This document shows, piece by piece, positions 1 to 5,976 of a stretch of DNA of 10,555 nt. The stretch covers positions 1 to 10,555 of the forward strand of contig JBEKES010000031.1 of NCBI GenBank assembly GCA_050013715.1, written 5' to 3'. The stretch's first letter is position 1. Every line of letters starts with the position of its first letter. Position numbers and translations under genes: made by a program. Origin of the DNA: Candidatus Micrarchaeaceae archaeon. GTDB lineage: Archaea; Micrarchaeota; Micrarchaeia; Micrarchaeales; Micrarchaeaceae. The notes beneath the pieces were generated by a model, which was given only the letters and a program-made list of their open reading frames with translations, did not search any database and was not told the DNA's origin.

Positions 1-20
1 TATTTATCTAATTAAACCAA

Positions 21-33
21 ACAAATTTAAGTA
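21..33 (+). promoter_or_regulatory. Putative archaeal BRE/TATA box of the tRNA-Asp gene
   Basis: ACAAA followed by TTTAAGTA (26-33), about 25-30 nt upstream of the mature tRNA 5' end at 58. Confidence 0.6.
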
Positions 34-57
34 TGATTGATATCATATTAATCATAT

Positions 58-161
58 GCCTTGGTAATGTAGTGGTCCAGCATGCGACCCTGTCACGGTT
101 GTAAACCTATTAGCTCTTGTTAATAGATCAACAGACCCGGGTTCGAATCCCGGCCAAGGCG
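58..161 (+). tRNA. tRNA-Asp: tRNA-Asp (anticodon GTC) with a 31-nt intron in the variable loop; CCA not encoded
   Basis: Acceptor GCCTTGG(58-64)/CCAAGGC(154-160); D-stem ATGT/GCAT; anticodon stem CGACC(85-89)/GGTTG(97-101) with loop CT-GTC-AC; T-arm CCGGG-TTCGAAT-CCCGG(137-153); discriminator G161. Removing 31 nt gives a 73-nt cloverleaf. Confidence 0.96.
104..134 (+). other. Archaeal tRNA intron, predicted at position 45/46, with a bulge-helix-bulge motif
   Basis: Central 4-bp helix GTTG(98-101)/CAAC(129-132); 3-nt bulges TA^A(102-104) and AG^A(133-135); intron hairpin CTATTAGC(107-114)-TCTT-GTTAATAG(119-126). The exact register could shift by 1 nt. Confidence 0.8.
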
Positions 162-236
162 TTCTTAGAGGTTTAGCAGTCGAATAATTTGAGGTTCGAA
201 ACCCCCTACTTTTTAATTCAATGTAGATCTAAAGTA

Positions 237-277
237 GGTTATTAATATTTTCTGAAAGAAACTAAAATAAGTGATAA
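237..277 (+). repeat. Degenerate direct repeat, copy 1 (TATA box to SD element upstream of ORF 285)
   Basis: 31/41 ungapped identity to 633-673 by manual count; contains TTATTAATA and SD-like AGTGAT. Confidence 0.7.
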
Positions 278-284
278 GATTACT

Positions 285-632
285 ATGCAAAATAGAAAGC
301 TAACTGGGAAGGAAAGGCTATTAGTCAGAATTCTTAGAAAATGGAGTATTGAAACAGGTAGCATAGATGCTCAAATTGGTGTGCATTTATTGAAAAAGGC
401 AAATTGGATGTTGGATGTGCTTGCGCCAAACGAAGCTAAGGTAATAGACCTAAGATATGGATTGACTGATGGTGTTGAGCATAGCCCAGAGCAGATACAT
501 GAACTTTTATCTTCCACATCACACAATTCTCTTACGGTAGGTAACATAAGAACCTTGGAAGCTAGTGGACTAAAAAAATTAAGATGCCAAGATAATATAA
601 GAATTTTTGAAAGTAGGGCAGATGGAACGTAG
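285..632 (+). CDS. Small protein with a sigma-70 region 4-like helix-turn-helix domain
   Basis: LDVLAPNEAKVIDLRYGLTDGVEHSPEQI...TVGNIRTLEASGLKKLR parallels the RpoD/SigA region 4 pattern L..L..RE..V..LR(F/Y)GL.DG...TLEE(V/I)...TRERIRQIE.KAL.KLR; it has its own TATA and SD. Confidence 0.8.
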   Translation: MQNRKLTGKERLLVRILRKWSIETGSIDAQIGVHLLKKANWMLDVLAPNEAKVIDLRYGLTDGVEHSPEQIHELLSSTSHNSLTVGNIRTLEASGLKKLRCQDNIRIFESRADGT

Positions 633-673
633 GGTTATAAATATTTCTTAGAACAGATTAAACTGAGTGATAA
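633..673 (+). repeat. Degenerate direct repeat, copy 2 (TATA box to SD element upstream of ORF 676)
   Basis: GGTTATAAATATTT...AGTGATAA; 31/41 identical to 237-277. Both genes start in the context ACT-ATG-C. Confidence 0.7.
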
Positions 674-675
674 CT

Positions 676-1128
676 ATGCTAGGAGTACGAAAATCTAAAA
701 GTACTACAAAATCAATTAGAAAAGATAAAGAATATCGTGAATTTGATAATAGAATTTCTTGGGCCAACAGAGTATTAAATGGTTATAACAAACCCGGTAT
801 TCCAGAATACATTAGTTTCCATATAGAGGCTATTGTCGATGGATTAACAAGCAAAAATAGTATGATAAGAAGACGTTCAATTAGTTCAGTAAGTCATAGA
901 CTTTTGAGACCTGGATCCAAACAAGATACTATTTATGCCCATGAAATATTGAATAGAACTATTGAAAGGGGAGACAAAGAGGGATTAGAAGTAGTTAGAG
1001 ATATATGCATTAGAGGAATAGGACATTTTTCTAATGAAGCAACCACTTTAGCAAGTTTATCGAAGCTGGTAAGGCAAAATGGCAAAGCAGATACCACAAC
1101 TAGAAGGTTAGTTACACAAAAGACTTAA
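676..1128 (+). CDS. Hypothetical basic protein, probably alpha-helical
   Basis: 150-codon ORF in AT-rich DNA with TATA and SD (GAGTGA 665-670). ATG 676 is preferred over GTG 667, which lies within the SD. No family recognised. Confidence 0.7.
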   Translation: MLGVRKSKSTTKSIRKDKEYREFDNRISWANRVLNGYNKPGIPEYISFHIEAIVDGLTSKNSMIRRRSISSVSHRLLRPGSKQDTIYAHEILNRTIERGDKEGLEVVRDICIRGIGHFSNEATTLASLSKLVRQNGKADTTTRRLVTQKT

Positions 1129-1174
1129 TGCTCTATAAAATTCCTTTACCTTTACATAAGACAAAGACTGGGTG

Positions 1175-1190
1175 TTAAACATATGTTTAA
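1175..1190. promoter_or_regulatory. Perfect 16-bp palindrome, putative operator
   Basis: TTAAACATATGTTTAA is its own reverse complement and shares half-sites with 1320-1343. Confidence 0.5.
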
Positions 1191-1310
1191 AGAACGGCCA
1201 AGGCGAATGATTTTGTACCTTACATTTTGAATAAAAATGATGAATTTTAATATATGCAAGGGTAGAACATAATCCAAGAAAACACTCTTACTAAAGGCTG
1301 ACTTAACGAT

Positions 1311-1347
1311 AAGTTTAAATATATGTTTAAACATAAACATATAGGTG
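1311..1347 (+). promoter_or_regulatory. vapBC promoter with palindromic operator and SD
   Basis: TTTAAATA (1314-1321), perfect palindrome TATGTTTAAACATA (1322-1335), a further AAACATA half-site (1335-1341) and SD AGGTG (1343-1347). Confidence 0.65.
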
Positions 1348-1353
1348 TTAACA

Positions 1354-1563
1354 TTGGTAAAAACAATAACCATAAAGGAAAGCGTCTACAAAGATTTGGT
1401 GAAGGTTAAAGGTACTGATGAGAGCTTCAGCGACTTATTTGAACGTCTTTTGTCCCAAGCAAGGGCAATAGATATATTAACTAAACTTAAAGGCAGCATG
1501 ACCTTCAAAAACAAATCCAAAATGATATCTGAGATATACTCCAAAAGATCGGTGTGGCGATGA
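1354..1563 (+). CDS. vapB: Archaeal VapB-family antitoxin (COG1753/DUF217-like)
   Basis: KTITI...VY..L...K...ESFSDL..RLL motif; lies directly upstream of a PIN gene with an ATGA overlap. TTG 1354 fits the SD; GTG 1345 is the alternative start. Confidence 0.88.
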   Translation: MVKTITIKESVYKDLVKVKGTDESFSDLFERLLSQARAIDILTKLKGSMTFKNKSKMISEIYSKRSVWR

Positions 1564-1937
1564 TAATTTTAGATGCTGATATATTGATAGAGATATTTGA
1601 AAAGGACTCAGAACTAGGTAATAGGGCATTCTCTAAAATCAACGAAAGCCTTGAAGAATTTTCCACAACTGCAATAAGCATGCACGAAGTTCTCTATGGA
1701 CTAAAGAAATACGGAGGAAATACAGAGTACGTTACTGCCTTACCAGTTATTGATTATACTAGAGAAGATGCTCTTCTTTCTGCCGAATTGGAGTATAAAG
1801 CAGAAATGAAGGGCAAAAAGATAGCAAGGCCTGATGCCATGATAGCAGCAATAGCCATAAATGCAGGAGCAAAGCTATACACAAACAACATTAGCCATTT
1901 TAAGGCGTTTGAAAGCTTTGGCTTAGAACTGTTTTAA
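1560..1937 (+). CDS. vapC: VapC-family PIN-domain ribonuclease toxin
   Basis: IILDADILI, S..E..YG, DAMIAAIA and LYTNN..HF PIN motifs. ATG 1560 overlaps the vapB stop (ATGA), with SD GGTG at 1551-1554. Confidence 0.93.
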   Translation: MIILDADILIEIFEKDSELGNRAFSKINESLEEFSTTAISMHEVLYGLKKYGGNTEYVTALPVIDYTREDALLSAELEYKAEMKGKKIARPDAMIAAIAINAGAKLYTNNISHFKAFESFGLELF

Positions 1938-2035
1938 TACTTAAAACATTGATCTAAATTCAAAGGCTCAGATTAAGTGTTGGAATTAGATTAAGTAATG
2001 CTTAAATTCTTATTGTTATTATGTAAGGTATTTGT

Positions 2036-2506
2036 ATGGATCATGAAAAGTTTATGCTAAAGGCATTGGAAGAAGCTAAAAGAGGAATGAAAGGCGGACA
2101 AATGCCCTATGCCGGCTGTATAGTTAAAGGCAATAAAATTATTGGCTTAGGCCATAATACAGTTCATATTGGTGAAGCAAAAGGGAACAATGATGTTGTG
2201 GCTCATGGTGAAATTAACACAATACGTTCAGCTTGCAAGAAAATGAAAGCAAAAAAGCTACATAATGGTCTGTCTGGCCTTACTTTGTATTCAACTTGTG
2301 AACCTTGCCCTATGTGTTTTGGTGCTTGTAAATGGTCAGGCATAAAAAATATAATTTATGGAATTAGTTTAAAGGAGTTAACAAAGATACAAGCTGGTAA
2401 AAAAATAGCAGATACAAAGCAAATAAAATACGAAAAAGATGGGATAGATGTCTTTGGAGGGGTGCTTAAGAAAGAATGCGAGGCTCTATTTATCAAATAT
2501 TACTAA
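2036..2506 (+). CDS. Zinc-dependent nucleoside/nucleobase deaminase (TadA/guanine deaminase GuaD-like)
   Basis: FM..AL.EA, PY.G.IV, AHGEINTIR and STCEPCPMC motifs (HxE...PCxxC). Substrate cannot be determined from sequence. Confidence 0.88.
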   Translation: MDHEKFMLKALEEAKRGMKGGQMPYAGCIVKGNKIIGLGHNTVHIGEAKGNNDVVAHGEINTIRSACKKMKAKKLHNGLSGLTLYSTCEPCPMCFGACKWSGIKNIIYGISLKELTKIQAGKKIADTKQIKYEKDGIDVFGGVLKKECEALFIKYY

Positions 2507-2589
2507 TTTCAAATTGATTTGATTTCAAACAAAATCGCACCCTATCTATTTATAAATTTCAAGTTCTAAAATCTGCTTGGTGGATTTAT

Positions 2590-3474
2590 TTGAAGCCAAG
2601 GTCGTTGTACGAAATAGCTTTAGAGGAAAGCAAAGATGAGATCACTGATTATACTGTATACAAAAAACTCTCCAATATGGAAAAGAACCCAAAGTACAAG
2701 ACCATCTTTTCAGAACTAACAAATGTTGAATACAAGCATTACAATTTTTGGGCAAAGTACATTGAAAACAAAAATGTTGGTCCTGACCTATTCAAGGTTT
2801 ACCTTGTTCTTATTCTCAGATATATTTTTGGTGGGGCATTCGCCATCAAATATCTTGAAAAACACGAAAATCTAGCCATAAAGAAGTATGAGTTCATAAA
2901 ACGCTCAATACCCAAAGAGGACCGCGAAACATTCGATAAAATTATTCTAGAGGAGCAAAAGCATGAAAAGGAATTCGCTGACCAGATTCAAGGAACCTAT
3001 GTGAAATATATCTCTTTTATCGTTCTTGGACTTGCAGATGCATTGGTTGAAATAGGGGGAATACATGCTGGATCTTTAGGAATATACAATTCAACGGAAC
3101 TTACGGGGCTTGCTGGTATAATAGCAGGTGCAGCGGCATCCATTGCAATGGCATCAGCTTCCTATGCTCAGGCAAAGCAGGGATTCGAAGGTTCTGCAAA
3201 ACTAGCAGCAATGTATACTGGAATATCATATTTTGTCAGCGCGGTAATACTTGCAATGCCCTATTTCCTAACCAGTGTAATGCTTTATGCAATAACTATC
3301 TCTTTAGTTTTTGGAATTCTTATAATTGCATTGGCAACATGGTACAATTCAATAATTTCAGGCAGCAAGTTCAGGAGAGACTTCATGGAACTGGCCGGTA
3401 TAATGCTCTTGGCAACAGTTGTTCTATTCGGATTTGGCCTCTTGATAAGACATTTCTTGCACATTTCAATATAA
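2590..3474 (+). CDS. Rubrerythrin/ferritin-like domain fused to a VIT1/CCC1 transporter (MbfA-like architecture)
   Basis: N-terminal DE..D...Y, EYKH, E..A...Y and EEQKHE di-iron pattern; C-terminal ~5 hydrophobic helices with LGLADALVE and SIAMASASY. TTG start with SD GGTGG (2579-2583). Confidence 0.88.
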   Translation: MKPRSLYEIALEESKDEITDYTVYKKLSNMEKNPKYKTIFSELTNVEYKHYNFWAKYIENKNVGPDLFKVYLVLILRYIFGGAFAIKYLEKHENLAIKKYEFIKRSIPKEDRETFDKIILEEQKHEKEFADQIQGTYVKYISFIVLGLADALVEIGGIHAGSLGIYNSTELTGLAGIIAGAAASIAMASASYAQAKQGFEGSAKLAAMYTGISYFVSAVILAMPYFLTSVMLYAITISLVFGILIIALATWYNSIISGSKFRRDFMELAGIMLLATVVLFGFGLLIRHFLHISI

Positions 3475-3525
3475 TACTGTTTCAGGCAATATTAAATAAA
3501 CAATAATTCAAATACGTGTGATCCA

Positions 3526-4014
3526 ATGGCCACAAATCCAAAAAGATCCAATAACAAAAACTGGATCAAATGGTGCAGATACCTACTTGTGATTTTTGCA
3601 GTGCTAATAGCTGCAACTCATCTTCCTTTTGTAAGTTCTGGAAATAGCGGCCCAATGAAATCACCAACTTCAAATACAGTTCAAACTTCCAATATGATAG
3701 CAAAACCTCAATCTGATTATGGCTTTCAAATACTGGGATTATGGTTCGAAATAGAAGTAATAGGATTTACGCTAATTGCTGTAGTTTATATGCTGGGCAT
3801 TAGAGAAATTTACCTAGCGTCATGGTTATTCAATATATTGAACCTGTTTCTCTTTTTCCTTTCAGGATTTGTAGCAATACCAGGAATAACCCCTTCAGCA
3901 TTTGCAAGCCATTTGAATTTCTCAACCTATTCGCTCGGATTGCTTCTTATGGTAATAAGCTGGATAGCTGTTACAATACTTGGAGCATTGCTGATGATCT
4001 ACGATAAAGCATGA
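3526..4014 (+). CDS. Hypothetical membrane protein (~4 TM helices)
   Basis: 162-aa ORF with a basic N-terminus, four hydrophobic segments and a Ser/Thr/Asn/Pro-rich loop after the first; TTAAATA and GTGTGA upstream. Confidence 0.75.
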   Translation: MATNPKRSNNKNWIKWCRYLLVIFAVLIAATHLPFVSSGNSGPMKSPTSNTVQTSNMIAKPQSDYGFQILGLWFEIEVIGFTLIAVVYMLGIREIYLASWLFNILNLFLFFLSGFVAIPGITPSAFASHLNFSTYSLGLLLMVISWIAVTILGALLMIYDKA

Positions 4015-4015
4015 T

Positions 4016-4714
4016 TCAAATTTGAATCATGAACTCTATCTTGAAGAATGGCTCTGCATACTTGTACTTCCATCTCTTCCCCATTCCTGCTGCCATGTCC
4101 TTCACAAAGCCCGAGTTTTTGCCTATGCCCTGGCTTTGATGCTGCGCCAATGCCTTTACCTTAAGGTCTACTGTCTTGCTTATGTCAACTGCATAGTTAG
4201 GGTTTTGATAATTTACTAAATACATTTGCTTTACTCTATGTACCTCATGGCCTTCTTTCTTAAGCTCTGGGAATGTCATAGGATTCCTTGACATCGGAAA
4301 CACTGCATCTATTGTTGCCATTCCTGCTGCCCTATGGTCGCTGTGGTTTACGAATCTGTCTGAATATATGAAAGTTGGATCTGTCGTAATCACTATATCT
4401 GGCTTCAGCTTGCGTATGTATCTTACTATCTCTTTCTTCAATGCCAAGTCAACCACAAGCTCTGCATCACTATGGTCCAGGAAGAATACTTCTTTTATGC
4501 CCAGCATCTTTGCCGATGCTCTCTGTTCTTTTTTCCTTATTTCTGCAAGCTTCTTCACAGTCATCTCCGGATCTCTTGTTCCCTTTGATCCATCAGTGCA
4601 TATTAGATAATAGCAATCTGCCCCTTCCTTTGCAAACTTTGCGAAAGTTCCTCCGGCTCCGAAATCAAGATCATCCGGATGTGCTCCTACCCCTAAAACT
4701 ACTAATTTTGCCAT
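4016..4714 (-). CDS. PIG-L/LmbE-family zinc deacetylase/amidase
   Basis: AHPDD, TDGSKG, R..EQ..SA..LG, IR..KPD, HSDH, K..AL..H.SQ and YAE.F motifs. ATG 4714 is preferred; GTG 4744 is the alternative. Confidence 0.92.
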   Translation of the reverse strand: MAKLVVLGVGAHPDDLDFGAGGTFAKFAKEGADCYYLICTDGSKGTRDPEMTVKKLAEIRKKEQRASAKMLGIKEVFFLDHSDAELVVDLALKKEIVRYIRKLKPDIVITTDPTFIYSDRFVNHSDHRAAGMATIDAVFPMSRNPMTFPELKKEGHEVHRVKQMYLVNYQNPNYAVDISKTVDLKVKALAQHQSQGIGKNSGFVKDMAAGMGKRWKYKYAEPFFKIEFMIQI

Positions 4715-4779
4715 ATCATCAACTCTTGTTAAAACATCATTCACTTTATTTTCAATAAATAAATAACTTAGCTAAGTAT

Positions 4780-5259
4780 TCACTTTTTCCATATGCCGAT
4801 AAATCTTCTCATTACAACTAATTCTCCTATATGGTAAGCATTGTGATCTGCTACTAGAAGAATTTCCCTCAACACTGTCTGGCCTGTTCCCTGCTTTATC
4901 TTTCCATAAATGTCTATCTTAGGATTTTTTATAATGCTCTGCAGTTCCTTTGAATCCTTGTTGAACAATGCGATTGTATTGTCCCAGTCTTTCTTTGTTG
5001 CCTTTTTGCCTTTGTCTGGCCAGTAATCCTTTGGCCATTTCATGTATTTGTAATTCGGATTTCTGATAAAATCGAGAATGTCCCACTGCGTTATTCTTAT
5101 ATGTTCAAGCAATTCCCAGAAAGTATATGGACTGTCTTTAAATTTGGTGTTTATGTGAGAAACAGGAAAGCCCTTTACTGCTTCGTCAAATTTTGCATGT
5201 GCATTTCCTCCTTTGGTTAAGGAAAGGAGATGTTCGCGCAATATCCTATCATTTTCCAT
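4780..5259 (-). CDS. DinB/YfiT-superfamily protein
   Basis: T.W.LLEH and DHNAYH.GE give the His metal triad of the DinB four-helix fold; WP..YWP motif also present. Confidence 0.85.
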   Translation of the reverse strand: MENDRILREHLLSLTKGGNAHAKFDEAVKGFPVSHINTKFKDSPYTFWELLEHIRITQWDILDFIRNPNYKYMKWPKDYWPDKGKKATKKDWDNTIALFNKDSKELQSIIKNPKIDIYGKIKQGTGQTVLREILLVADHNAYHIGELVVMRRFIGIWKK

Positions 5260-5271
5260 ACAAAAACCTTG

Positions 5272-5976
5272 TCATATTGGAATTGCTCCAACGAAGTGAC
5301 CTATCAGATAACCTGCAAAACCAGCTGTCAATCCTATTATCAGCATCTTCAATCCGCTGCGCCACAAAGAGCCAACTGTTGTTTTCGCTTCATAATATCC
5401 TATAAAGAATAAAGTAATTCCGCAGACTATTACCGAGCATATTGCAGCTGCAAATATGTTATGGCTCAGAAATATGAATGGTATTATTGGTATTACAGAA
5501 CCGACTGTGGTTGAGCTGAGAACTGTCAGGAAGCTTCGCATTGGTGCTGATTTATCTACTGGCGAGAATCCATGCTCAAAAGAGACTAGGAATTCCAGCG
5601 AAGCTTCAGGATTTGCCTTTATGTGCTTGGCTAATACTTCCAATTCTTTTCCTTTGTAGCCCCATTTTTTGAATATCCTCTTGATTTCTTCTATGCTGTG
5701 GTTCGGTATATTCTTGATGTCATCTTTTTCCTTTTCAACTGCTCTTATGTACTGGTTGTATCTTGCCATTGTGGATGTATATGCAACAGCTCCCATTGAA
5801 ATTGATTCTGCACCAAGTGCAGCCAAGGCAGCTACGAAAATCAGTCGTATGTCACTCGTAGCTGCAGCTAATCCTAACAATATTCCAAGAACATTTACAA
5901 GCCCGTCCTGGCTTCCCAGAATAAAATCAGACAGGAAATTGGAATGTGATGAATTTTCACTTGCCTCTTTTTTCAT
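5272..5976 (-). CDS. VIT1/CCC1-family Fe/Mn transporter
   Basis: SDFILGSQDGLV, AESISMGAVAY, a cytoplasmic acidic segment, G..IP.IPF and LF.IG motifs. Start is ATG 5976 or GTG 6000. Confidence 0.92.
   Translation of the reverse strand: MKKEASENSSHSNFLSDFILGSQDGLVNVLGILLGLAAATSDIRLIFVAALAALGAESISMGAVAYTSTMARYNQYIRAVEKEKDDIKNIPNHSIEEIKRIFKKWGYKGKELEVLAKHIKANPEASLEFLVSFEHGFSPVDKSAPMRSFLTVLSSTTVGSVIPIIPFIFLSHNIFAAAICSVIVCGITLFFIGYYEAKTTVGSLWRSGLKMLIIGLTAGFAGYLIGHFVGAIPI

Noticed and set aside
102..136. Long variable arm (Ser/Leu/Sec-type tRNA)
   Set aside because: The anticodon and G73 indicate Asp, a class I tRNA. The insert is too long and AT-rich for a variable arm and forms a BHB.
186..212. 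3' half of a split tRNA
   Set aside because: The would-be T-stem TGAGG/CCCCC has two mismatches, and there is no credible acceptor strand or GC-rich leader.
205..238. 8-bp inverted repeat CCTACTTT/AAAGTAGG
   Set aside because: Real but short, with an 18-nt spacer and no second occurrence; no function can be supported.
1152..1373. Minus-strand 73-aa ORF and plus-strand 15-aa ORF at 1183-1230
   Set aside because: No recognisable motifs. The longer one overlaps the vapB promoter and start; the shorter is too small to support.
2036..2506. Deaminase as an editor of the neighbouring tRNA (CDAT8- or TadA-like)
   Set aside because: The tRNA already encodes U8 and G34 and has no stem mismatch needing repair; no THUMP domain is present.
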